Origin: Promethearchaeota archaeon
GTDB lineage: Archaea; Asgardarchaeota; Lokiarchaeia; Sigyniarchaeales; SOKP01
Assembly (NCBI GenBank): GCA_008080735.1
Contig: SHMW01000013.1
Span: 1-15,907, forward strand
Direction of reading: 5' to 3'
Length of the DNA: 15,907 nt
The position numbers were made by a program, and so were the translations under genes. Shown here piece after piece: positions 1 to 8,689 of this stretch. Each line of letters starts with the position of its first letter. Within the stretch, counting starts at the first letter, position 1. The notes under the pieces are model-generated. The model was not told where the DNA came from, searched no databases, and saw nothing but the letters and a program-made list of their open reading frames with translations.

Positions 1-387
1 ATAAATAATAAATATCATGTGGCAATATGGATTAGATTTAACGATACAGTTCGTTTAGGATATAATTTTGAACCCTGGTCCACAGATGAGAGCGATAGAG
101 AAAAACAAAAAGATATGTTTAAAGTAGAAGTGGGAGATTGGGTGGATAAAGGTGAAGTGATAGCAGAATTTCTTGAATGTAATATCTCCGCACACATCCA
201 TTTTGATGTTGTGGAAAATGGAAATTGGTATTGTCCTAAGCAGTATTTTTCCACGACAGGATATAACGAAATTATGGATCTAATTGAATATTATCATCCC
301 GGAGATAATTGTGAACTCCTAAAGAGTGAACTTCAAAATTTCATTATGCAGGAGGCCGCCATGCAAAAAAGGCAATCTCATTCATAA
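1..387 (+). CDS. M23-family-like metallopeptidase, C-terminal part (5'-truncated at window edge)
   Basis: Frame is open from base 1 (INNKYHVAIW...), so the GTG at 19 is probably internal. Contains M23-type signatures 'KVEVGDWVDKGEVIA' and HxH 'AHIHFDV' (His codon at 193), followed by 'GNWYCPKQYF'. Confidence 0.65.
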   Translation: MNNKYHVAIWIRFNDTVRLGYNFEPWSTDESDREKQKDMFKVEVGDWVDKGEVIAEFLECNISAHIHFDVVENGNWYCPKQYFSTTGYNEIMDLIEYYHPGDNCELLKSELQNFIMQEAAMQKRQSHS

Positions 388-709
388 AGATATACCATAG
401 AACCATAAAAGTTATTATAAGAAGCACAGCTCCTACTCCAAATCCTTTCACACCTTTCGGGATGCCGAGATCTTCACTTTTTCTTTGGACAATTGCCCTT
501 GCAGAAGCGACAAAATAGATCACGGCGATAAGAAGACAGACAATCCAGAGAAAAAGCATAAATAGCGAGAGCGTATAGATTGGCTCACCGTTGAGGGTTA
601 AACTATTTAGCCACTGCCAAAATACCACAATTAAAAACGTAGGAATTACGCTAAAAATAATTCCGGATAATAAAAACACAAAACTCCACGCAAAACCTTT
701 CCACGCCAT
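344..709 (-). CDS. Small integral membrane protein of unknown function (3 predicted TM helices)
   Basis: 121-aa ATG-TAA ORF with three long hydrophobic segments separated by short polar loops, preceded by an AT-rich intergenic region. Confidence 0.75.
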   Translation of the reverse strand: MAWKGFAWSFVFLLSGIIFSVIPTFLIVVFWQWLNSLTLNGEPIYTLSLFMLFLWIVCLLIAVIYFVASARAIVQRKSEDLGIPKGVKGFGVGAVLLIITFMVLWYIFMNEIAFFAWRPPA

Positions 710-848
710 TTTTATCTTGTTCTCTAAACTTATCTAAATTTGTGAAATACCTTATTCTTATTTATATTTTCTATTCTTTAAAAGATTTGTATCAATATTT
801 TTGAACTACCCCAATATACTTTTTGAGCATAAAAGCATATTACTGAGA

Positions 849-1979
849 TTAATCTTCAGAAATGTGTAATTTGTTGATTATCATTTCATAATTAGACTTA
901 GATAAATAATAATCGGTCCATGCGGGCACTGCTTCTTTAATCTCTTCGAATAAATCTTTCCCTTTCTTAAGTACTATTGGATCATTAGACTGAGCACAAA
1001 TTGAAGCGATTAAATTTTTGGCACAATAAAGAATCTTTTGATTATTCTTATCCTTTCCAAATTTCATTAAAAAATCACCTATTAATTGAGCTTCTTGAAA
1101 TTTTACGTTATCGATGCAATGAAATCCGATTCGATATATCCACCACCACACATTGTCAGAACCTAATAAGTCCCCGAACCCAAATTGTTTATAATCCTCA
1201 AGTAATCCTTCTAAAAAAGTGTCGATTTTTTTATCTTGATTCAGAAGGTCTTGAAGTGCGCAATATCGCACATAATGCATCGGTGTGAAACCAATAGGAG
1301 CATATCCATCTTCATCAACCTCCCCTAAAAGTATCCTCTCTTTCGAAATAGCATCATTTTTACGCAAATTAAGACTTTCCAATTTAGAAAGGTTTTGTAG
1401 TCCTTTCAGTTTAATTATACGATTGTCCTCCAAGTCAAGATCTTTTAAGTTTTCTAACTTTTCTAAACCACTAATTTCAAAAATATTATTATGAGACAAG
1501 TTTAGGGATTTCAGGGCCATTAAGTTATCCAAATTTTCTATATATCTGATTCGGTTGTTTGAGAGATTTAATTCCTCCAATTTATTATTACTTTCTATAC
1601 CGCTTACTCTTTTAATATGATTCTTGGAGAGGTCCAAGATTTTCAACTCTGAGAGTTCTTCTAAGCCTTGGATTTCAATAATTCGGTTCTCGGATAAGTT
1701 TAAATTTTTTAATCTCCCCATTTCTGATAATCCATGAATGTCGGCTATATTATTGATAATATTGCCTCTTAAATTGAGATAAATTAGGTTTTTAAGCTTT
1801 TCAAGTCCTTTAATAACTGAAAGTCTATTAAAACTCAAATTGAGAATATCCAATTGATCTAAATTTTCTAATCTTTCAATTTCATTTAATTGGCTAATAC
1901 CAATGCCTCTAAGATAAAGACAGTTCTTTCCTTCATATTTGTATGTTTCGTACTCCTTTCCTTTGATGCGTACCGACAT
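849..1979 (-). CDS. Leucine-rich repeat protein (SDS22-like LRRs) with C-terminal TPR-like helical domain
   Basis: About 8-9 tandem ~22-aa repeats fitting LxxLxxLxLxxNxIxxIxxL (e.g. LKSLNLSHNNIFEISGLEKL), a cap 'GYAP...YVRYC', then ~130 aa of amphipathic helix pairs. Confidence 0.92.
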   Translation of the reverse strand: MSVRIKGKEYETYKYEGKNCLYLRGIGISQLNEIERLENLDQLDILNLSFNRLSVIKGLEKLKNLIYLNLRGNIINNIADIHGLSEMGRLKNLNLSENRIIEIQGLEELSELKILDLSKNHIKRVSGIESNNKLEELNLSNNRIRYIENLDNLMALKSLNLSHNNIFEISGLEKLENLKDLDLEDNRIIKLKGLQNLSKLESLNLRKNDAISKERILLGEVDEDGYAPIGFTPMHYVRYCALQDLLNQDKKIDTFLEGLLEDYKQFGFGDLLGSDNVWWWIYRIGFHCIDNVKFQEAQLIGDFLMKFGKDKNNQKILYCAKNLIASICAQSNDPIVLKKGKDLFEEIKEAVPAWTDYYLSKSNYEMIINKLHISED

Positions 1980-2040
1980 TTCAATGGGATTATAAAAATA
2001 TTGATGATATGAGTATCTTTAGTTTTATACATCAAAATAT

Positions 2041-2062
2041 ACATTTTAAAAATTTATAAGTC
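2041..2062. promoter_or_regulatory. Candidate TATA element(s) in the divergent LRR / acyl-CoA dehydrogenase intergenic region
   Basis: ACATTTTAAAAATTTATAAG contains TTTATAA and TTTAAA boxes readable on either strand between divergent genes; transcription start unknown. Confidence 0.3.
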
Positions 2063-2202
2063 TTTATCCTATCAATTATATCTCTCAGCTTCTTACCTAA
2101 ATCAGAACACACATCATCAAAAGTAATCATAAAATATAATTTCTTTATTTGCTTCTTTAAAGTAATAATTCAATAGTTTAAGAAATAAAATAGGTTTTCT
2201 AA

Positions 2203-3351
2203 TTGGATTTTGAACTTACAGAAAAACAAGAACTTGTAAGAAGAAAAGTTAGAGCGTTTGCAGAAGATATTCTGGCGCCAGTTGCCCCAATCGTAGATCG
2301 AGAGTTGAGGTTTAGTTGGGAAACTGCCAAAGAACTAAGAAAAATAAATGCATGGGGTATCCAGCTGCCAGAGAAATACGGAGGAGCTGGGTTGGATTCG
2401 GTAAGTTATAGTGTAACAATTGAAGAGATTTCTCGTGTCTGCGCGTCTACGGGGTTAAATGTGACTGTACATAATTCTGTAGGAGCTTACCCTATTCTTG
2501 AATGGGGTACAGAGGAACAAAAAGAAAAATATCTCTATGATCTTGCTTCTGGAGAGAAAATCGCAGCCTTCACTTGGACAGAGCCTAATGCGGGCTCAGA
2601 TGCCGCGGGAATAGAAAGTAAAGCAGTTGAGAACGGAGATAATTTTATCTTAAATGGATCCAAGATATTTGTAACCAACGGTGGAGTTGCATCAGTATTT
2701 TTAGTGGGGGCAAAATATGAAAAAGAAAATGGCGAAAAAGGCAGCGCGGTCTTTATTCTCGAGAAAGATATGGAGGGGTTAGAAATCGGAAATGTTGAGG
2801 ATAAACTAGGAATGCGCGGTTCCAGCACCACAAGCTTATATTTTCACGATATTAAAATTCCCAAGAAGAATATTTTAGGAGAATTGCCAATGGGCTTCAA
2901 GATTGCGATGAAAACCTTGGATGTGGGAAGAATTGGAATTGCCGCCCAGTCTTTAGGGGTCGCTCAAGCTGCTTATGAACATTCGGTTGAATATTCGAAG
3001 GGAAGAATCCAATTTAATAAACCTATCTCGCAATTTGAAGGAGTTTCTTTCAAGCTTGCAGAAATGGCAACCAAGATCGAGGCCGCACGTATGTTAGTAT
3101 ATAAAGCTGCGAATTTAAAGGATAAAGGCACCAAATTTTCCAAAGAATCCGCGATGTGTAAGTATTTCGCAAGCCAAATCGCAAAAGAAACTACCGAAGC
3201 GGCGATTCAAATCCACGGAGGATATGGATATATGAAAGATTTACCTATTGAACGATTTTATCGAGATGCTCCTGTGTTATCGATTTATGAAGGGACGAAT
3301 GAAGTAATGAAATTAATTATTGCCAGAGAAATATTAAAGGGGAATTTGTAA
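2203..3351 (+). CDS. Acyl-CoA dehydrogenase (short-chain/butyryl-CoA dehydrogenase-like)
   Basis: TTG start, 'MDFELTEKQ' N-terminus, 'TEPNAGSDA', 'LNGSKIFVTNG', 'DKLGMRGS', 'GRIGIAAQ', 'RIQFNKPI', 'QIHGGYGY', catalytic 'IYEGTNE'. Confidence 0.97.
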   Translation: MDFELTEKQELVRRKVRAFAEDILAPVAPIVDRELRFSWETAKELRKINAWGIQLPEKYGGAGLDSVSYSVTIEEISRVCASTGLNVTVHNSVGAYPILEWGTEEQKEKYLYDLASGEKIAAFTWTEPNAGSDAAGIESKAVENGDNFILNGSKIFVTNGGVASVFLVGAKYEKENGEKGSAVFILEKDMEGLEIGNVEDKLGMRGSSTTSLYFHDIKIPKKNILGELPMGFKIAMKTLDVGRIGIAAQSLGVAQAAYEHSVEYSKGRIQFNKPISQFEGVSFKLAEMATKIEAARMLVYKAANLKDKGTKFSKESAMCKYFASQIAKETTEAAIQIHGGYGYMKDLPIERFYRDAPVLSIYEGTNEVMKLIIAREILKGNL

Positions 3352-4172
3352 TGCTTAAAATCTTTGTCTTGTTAAAACAAGTTCCAAAATCCCATAATCT
3401 CGAAATCAACAAAGAAACGGGAACTTTAATACGAGAAAATATAAAAAACATCATCAATCCGGATGATGTCAATGGATTAGAATTGGGATTACAAATCAAA
3501 GGTGTCTATGGGGGAGAGGTCACGGCGATGACGATGGGACCACCCCAAGCAAAACTTGCTCTCCGAGAAGCGTTAGCAATGGGGGTGGATCATGCCATTT
3601 TAATTAGTGATCCACAGTTCGCATATTCTGACACTCTTCAAACCACTTTAGTCTTAGAAGAAGCATTCGAGCGGATTAACAATTATGATGTAATTATTAC
3701 TGGTAGAGAAACTTCGGACTCAAGTACCGGACAAGTTCCATATCAATTATCCGAAGCTTTGAATGTCCCTCTAATTACCGATATATTTACCTATGAATTT
3801 GATGGGGATATTTTCAAATGTCAAAGAAACTTTGGTCATGAAAGTCAGAATATTGAAGTGAAATTGCCCGTGCTTTTGAGAGTTGGGAAAAATTTTAATA
3901 CACCAAGACACGTCCCTCTGGTTGGGATAAATGAGGCGTTTGAAAAAAAAATTGATATTATCAATTTCGATACGTTAAATTGCCCCGTTCATCTTGATGG
4001 GTGTAATAAATCACCAACTCAAGTCGTTAAGACAGAAAAATTCTTTCCAAAAAGGAAAAATGAATTTATTAAAGGCACTCTTAGAGATAAAATGGATGCG
4101 ATAATCGAACTAATGAAAGAAAACGGCATAGAACGGATTTGGACAGGAAAATATGATTATACGGAGGAATAA
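3351..4172 (+). CDS. etfB: Electron transfer flavoprotein beta subunit (FixA/EtfB family)
   Basis: 'KQVP', 'NPDDVNGLE', 'TMGPPQA', 'EALAMGVD', 'SDTLQT', 'SPTQV'; TAATG stop/start overlap with the dehydrogenase (3349-3353). Confidence 0.95.
   Translation: MLKIFVLLKQVPKSHNLEINKETGTLIRENIKNIINPDDVNGLELGLQIKGVYGGEVTAMTMGPPQAKLALREALAMGVDHAILISDPQFAYSDTLQTTLVLEEAFERINNYDVIITGRETSDSSTGQVPYQLSEALNVPLITDIFTYEFDGDIFKCQRNFGHESQNIEVKLPVLLRVGKNFNTPRHVPLVGINEAFEKKIDIINFDTLNCPVHLDGCNKSPTQVVKTEKFFPKRKNEFIKGTLRDKMDAIIELMKENGIERIWTGKYDYTEE
4163..4167 (+). promoter_or_regulatory. Shine-Dalgarno-like site for etfA
   Basis: GGAGG ending 11 nt before the ATG at 4179. Confidence 0.5.
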
Positions 4173-4178
4173 AGAAAA

Positions 4179-5192
4179 ATGAACGAAAAGAAAGAGTATA
4201 ATGATGTATGGGTGTTTGCTGAGATAAAGGATCACGAGCGAGTCCATCCTTGTGCATTGGAAATCTTGGGAAAAGCACGAGAGATTGCGGATGATCTAAA
4301 CCAAAATCTCGTCGCAGTTGTACTATCTCTTGAGGCAGAGCAATATCTACCCGTCATCAAAAAGCACGGTGTAGATAAAATCATCTACCTAAGCCACCAA
4401 AATCTTAAGCATTATCACGAAAGAATTTTTACTGACCTTGTCCATGAATTAATCGAAAAATATAAACCCTCGATTTTTTTATTCCCGTCGACTGAGGTTG
4501 GGAATGCACTTTCAGCTCGATTAGCATATCGTTGTCGTACCGGATTGGTAAGCGATGTTTTAGATTTAGAATTAGAAGAAGGATATGCTGACGACCTATT
4601 GCTAACGGATAAACCAGCATACGGCGGAAATATTCATGTAAAAATCATTTGCCCAAAAACTCGTCCCCAAATGTGTACAATTACTCCTGGAACATTTAAA
4701 AAAAAGAAATTAGAAAAAGAAAATATTGAATTAATTGAAGAAAATTATCATTTTGATGAGGAAAAAATACGAATAAAGATAATTGGGGCGCCTACAAGAA
4801 AAGACAAACCATCAGCACCACTTTCAGAAGCTAAATTTGTCATTGGCGGAGGTCAAGGTATCGGTTCTGAAACCAATTTTAAAAAATTGTATAAATTAGC
4901 TAAATTTACCAACGGGCAAGTCGGAGGTACTCGCCGACCTATTTTTAATGATTGGATGCCAGAACATTTACAAATAGGGATAAGCGGAGAAACTATAAAC
5001 CCTAATTTATATCTCGCCTTAGGCATTTCGGGGGCGATACAGCATGTCGTGGGTATCACCGAATCAGATACAATAATTGCCGTGAATACCGATCCTAATG
5101 CCCCAATATTTAAGACTGCTGACTATTGTATTGTAGCAGATGCGAATGAGATTCTTAATGGATTATTGGAACACTACAAAGTGGACGATTAA
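4179..5192 (+). CDS. etfA: Electron transfer flavoprotein alpha subunit (FixB/EtfA family)
   Basis: 'VWVFAE', 'PAYGGN', 'RPQMCT', FAD-binding 'QIGISGETINPNLYLALGISGAIQH', 'AVNTDPNAPIF'; 6 nt downstream of etfB. Confidence 0.96.
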   Translation: MNEKKEYNDVWVFAEIKDHERVHPCALEILGKAREIADDLNQNLVAVVLSLEAEQYLPVIKKHGVDKIIYLSHQNLKHYHERIFTDLVHELIEKYKPSIFLFPSTEVGNALSARLAYRCRTGLVSDVLDLELEEGYADDLLLTDKPAYGGNIHVKIICPKTRPQMCTITPGTFKKKKLEKENIELIEENYHFDEEKIRIKIIGAPTRKDKPSAPLSEAKFVIGGGQGIGSETNFKKLYKLAKFTNGQVGGTRRPIFNDWMPEHLQIGISGETINPNLYLALGISGAIQHVVGITESDTIIAVNTDPNAPIFKTADYCIVADANEILNGLLEHYKVDD

Positions 5193-5277
5193 AATCGGCT
5201 CTCTTCAATATATTCCTATATTAAAAAATTACCGAATAAGTTTAGCAGACTCTATCATCTGATTTTAATAGTTTAGT

Positions 5278-5291
5278 AAAAAAAAAGAAAA
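5278..5291 (-). terminator. Oligo-T archaeal terminator candidate for the hydrolase gene
   Basis: Plus-strand A9-G-A4 run reads as a T-tract on the minus strand just after the stop at 5304. Confidence 0.45.
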
Positions 5292-5303
5292 TAATAATTT
5301 TTT

Positions 5304-6995
5304 TTAGAGAAAACCGGATAAAAATCCAAGAAATCCTTGATATGGAGCAAGCGTGCTGACAATCATGACAAATAAAATAGCCGCGATTAATGTTCCTGCG
5401 ATGATATTACCCGTTTTCTCATAAGTATATACGGAAACACCAGCAATCATTAAATTAAGGCAAATAGCAACTGGCATCGTTGTTCCAAAGAAGAAAAAAC
5501 TCCCTGTCAAAAATCCTAAAAATAGAAGGAAGAACGTCATGTAGCTTAACAAAATACCAAAATGGATAAGAATTGCTTTCAAGGTGCCTTTTTTAGTCCA
5601 TGGAATCATCGGGCGAATAATGAATTGAAAGAAAATGCCGAATATTATAAACATCAAGAACGTGATGATAATAAAAATTGCAACGGCCCATGCTTTCGTT
5701 ATGGAGGGAACCATTCCAATATAATTTAATCCTATTGAAGAATACAAAATTAGGTATAAAATTGTAATTAGAACGAATCCATATATAATCGATTTCCCCA
5801 AATCATTAATCTGTCGTGTGAAAGGGGTTTTTAGAATCTGTTTTAGCGAGAGATCATTCTTTTTGGCTAGTCTCCAGAGTAAAACTAAGATTCCAAAAAC
5901 TTGTCCAAAAAGGAGACTTAGAAAAAAACCTTCAATAGCTAGTGGTAGAGGGATGAATATCCAAATTATAATAAATATTCCTACTATTGACAAGGGAATC
6001 GAGTATAATAAAGATGTGATGGATAATTTCCCGGCAGAAGTATCTCGAATTTCAATTTTCAACCTTTCTTCAGAGTTTTCTTGTTTATGTTTAAGAAGTG
6101 TTGAGATGGGGTCGATTAGCATAATAAATAGTCCAATTCCACCAATTATCTGAATAATTAATAAAAGGAGTCGAAGATTGCCGTAAAAATTCTCATCTGG
6201 AGTATTCGTCTCTGGAAATGTGTTTATAATCCAGTCACGGGCTTCGCGAGTGAAATCTGTGTCCCATGCGACTGCTAAATGGTTACTATTATCATCTAAG
6301 TATATTTGAGTGGCATTCCCATTATCAAAACTGCCATATAATTGATTAGTATCAATTGCAGCAGTACTTACCCCTACTCGGGTTGCCACTGAATCGACAA
6401 GAGAACTCAATTGAAAAGCTTCATCAAACTTAGCGTAGATCATCAGCACATTTAGCGGATTGCTAGAATCTCCCGATCTGATATTTCCTAGTCCCGTGCC
6501 AACTCCAATGAATGCTTTAAAATTTAAGCTTTCATTTACAATTTGATTTCCAGGACCACCCCCCATAGAGTATCCGATGTACGCCAAATTATCCATGTCT
6601 ATATCGCTTCGAGTAGTATTAAGGTAATTTATAATTGCTTGAACATCTAAAATCAGATTTCCTCTATCCAAACTCCCCGTACTCATTCCATGACCACGAA
6701 AATCGAAAGGTACTGCGACAAAACCTGCAGCGGCCAGTTCAATTGCATATCCCTTCATAAATTCTTTATTCGCCATAAATCCATGTCCAATTAAAACTGC
6801 CTTTTTAGGGTCCTCGCTCTGAACAGGTTCAAAAACATTAAATGATATCGTTTCTCCGTCGGAAGTTTGCGTCGTAAGATAATAGGATGATTTAATGCTA
6901 AATGGTGTAATAAACATAAAGATTGTACCTATAATAAAGAGCGAGAGAAAGGAAAGAATTAATATTGTTTTTCTATTAAAATATCTATTCATCAT
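5304..6995 (-). CDS. Membrane-anchored alpha/beta-fold serine hydrolase with multi-TM C-terminal domain
   Basis: N-terminal TM/signal segment; oxyanion 'HGF', 'DFRGHG', nucleophile elbow 'GYSMGG', candidate acid 'FDE' and His 'SNH'; C-terminal half has ~8 hydrophobic helices. Confidence 0.92.
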   Translation of the reverse strand: MMNRYFNRKTILILSFLSLFIIGTIFMFITPFSIKSSYYLTTQTSDGETISFNVFEPVQSEDPKKAVLIGHGFMANKEFMKGYAIELAAAGFVAVPFDFRGHGMSTGSLDRGNLILDVQAIINYLNTTRSDIDMDNLAYIGYSMGGGPGNQIVNESLNFKAFIGVGTGLGNIRSGDSSNPLNVLMIYAKFDEAFQLSSLVDSVATRVGVSTAAIDTNQLYGSFDNGNATQIYLDDNSNHLAVAWDTDFTREARDWIINTFPETNTPDENFYGNLRLLLLIIQIIGGIGLFIMLIDPISTLLKHKQENSEERLKIEIRDTSAGKLSITSLLYSIPLSIVGIFIIIWIFIPLPLAIEGFFLSLLFGQVFGILVLLWRLAKKNDLSLKQILKTPFTRQINDLGKSIIYGFVLITILYLILYSSIGLNYIGMVPSITKAWAVAIFIIITFLMFIIFGIFFQFIIRPMIPWTKKGTLKAILIHFGILLSYMTFFLLFLGFLTGSFFFFGTTMPVAICLNLMIAGVSVYTYEKTGNIIAGTLIAAILFVMIVSTLAPYQGFLGFLSGFL

Positions 6996-7307
6996 TTTTT
7001 TAAAGATTATTAGTTAATTCAAATATTAGATATTTTGATTTATGAACTTTAATTTTTTTTGAACTACATTTGATGATAAAAATATTAATTAGTGCAATTT
7101 ATGGGTAGTATTTTAATAATCAATAAAAAATAGAAAATATGTGTTCAATTTCCTACATTTTTTGAATTATGCTCATAATTATCAGATAAAAAAATAAGAT
7201 TTGGAAAAATATAAAATCATATCTATTGAAAAGGTCTACAATTATCGTATTTTTTTTGTTCCAATCATTAAATTTGCGCAATCAATCCATCAAATATACT
7301 TTTTGCT

Positions 7308-7321
7308 AAAAGGTTTTTATC
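7308..7321 (+). promoter_or_regulatory. BRE-TATA promoter candidate for the MFS gene
   Basis: AAAAGG followed by TTTTTAT about 50 nt upstream of ATG 7372, matching the archaeal purine-rich BRE plus TATA layout. Confidence 0.5.
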
Positions 7322-7371
7322 TTTTGAACAATTGTAATTCCCATATTACTAATTAATAAAATTGTAAAAAA

Positions 7372-8610
7372 ATGTCTGATAATACAAAAATTATAAATCG
7401 ATGGTTAGTCGTCCTCGGTGCAGTATTAATTCAATTATCGTTAGGCTCTCTGTATTCTTGGGGTGTTATGACTAAACAAGTGAGTGGAGGAGGATTTTTG
7501 ACTGAGCCGGTTGAAGTAACTGCTTATATTTTTGGAATTTCCTTAGCAGCTTTTGCTATCACGATGATTTTTGCAGGAAAACTTCAGCAAAAATATGGCC
7601 CACGAAATATTTCAATTTTAGGAGCTATTTTCATAGGTGCGGGAACAATAGCTTCCGCATTTATGCAAGGAAATTTCTGGGGATTATTCATATCTTATGG
7701 TGTACTTTATGGGATGGGTATCGGCTTTGCCTATGTATGCCCGATCGCAACCGCAACCGCATGGTTTCCTGATAAAAAAGGTTTAATAAGTGGGATAGCA
7801 GTCGCGGGATTTGGAGCGGGTTCGTTTATTTTTAACTTCTTGGTGGATCTATTCGCAGCTATAAGTATTCCTGTTATGTACATCTCTCTGGGAATCATAT
7901 ATGTGATAATTATTGTTGTGGGTGCGTTATTTATGATCAGGCCACCTGAAGGATGGGTGCCAGATGGTTTTGTACCTCCAAAAGTTACAGAAATTAGCAC
8001 AGGAGGTATGGTTGAATTTACGCGAAAAGAGATGATTAGCACTAAACAATTTTGGTTGTTATGGATTTCTTATATTCTGGGATGCATGCCTGGACTTTTA
8101 GTGATTGCAACTTATAAAGATTTTGGAGAAACTGTTGGAATTGATCCATTATTTAGTCTATCTATATTACTTACCTTAGTCGGGAGTATCGCAGCACTCT
8201 TAAACGGACTTGGTCGAATTTCTTGGGGCAAGGTTGCAGATCTGGCCACCTATAAGAAAGCGCTTATGTTATTATTTGTAGTTCAAGCAATAGTGATATT
8301 CTTACTATATACAACCAGTATCAATTTTGGATATTATCTTGTAATTGTTTGTACAATATATTTCTGCTTTGGAGGTAATCTAAGTTTATATCCGACAGCT
8401 ACCGCAGAGTTGTTCGGCAATAAAAATTTAGGACAAAACTATGGTATCATGTTCACAGCCTATGGAATTGCGGGTTTTATTCAAGCTGTTGCTACCCAAA
8501 ACATCGTGCTTGCTATTGGATACCCACCACTATATATTTTAGTTGGAATATTTACTTTAGGTTCCTTAGCACTCGTATTTTTAATAACTACCCCAAAGAA
8601 AAAGGAATAA
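7372..8610 (+). CDS. OFA-family MFS transporter (oxalate:formate antiporter / YhjX-like monocarboxylate transporter)
   Basis: About 12 TM segments; family motifs 'NRWLVVLGAVLIQLSLGSLYSW', 'GIGFAYVCPI', 'WFPDKKGLISGIAVAGFGAG', 'NGLGRISWG', 'FGNKNLGQNYG'. Confidence 0.93.
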   Translation: MSDNTKIINRWLVVLGAVLIQLSLGSLYSWGVMTKQVSGGGFLTEPVEVTAYIFGISLAAFAITMIFAGKLQQKYGPRNISILGAIFIGAGTIASAFMQGNFWGLFISYGVLYGMGIGFAYVCPIATATAWFPDKKGLISGIAVAGFGAGSFIFNFLVDLFAAISIPVMYISLGIIYVIIIVVGALFMIRPPEGWVPDGFVPPKVTEISTGGMVEFTRKEMISTKQFWLLWISYILGCMPGLLVIATYKDFGETVGIDPLFSLSILLTLVGSIAALLNGLGRISWGKVADLATYKKALMLLFVVQAIVIFLLYTTSINFGYYLVIVCTIYFCFGGNLSLYPTATAELFGNKNLGQNYGIMFTAYGIAGFIQAVATQNIVLAIGYPPLYILVGIFTLGSLALVFLITTPKKKE

Positions 8611-8629
8611 AAGATAATAGAACCATTCA

Positions 8630-8648
8630 TTTCTATTTTTTTTCTTTA
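8630..8648 (+). terminator. Oligo-T terminator candidate after the MFS gene
   Basis: T-rich tract (TTTCTATTTTTTTCTTT) ~20 nt after TAA 8610 in a convergent gap. Confidence 0.45.
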
Positions 8649-8689
8649 TATTTATCTAAAACAATTAAAGGCCGAACATTTCCAAAGAT

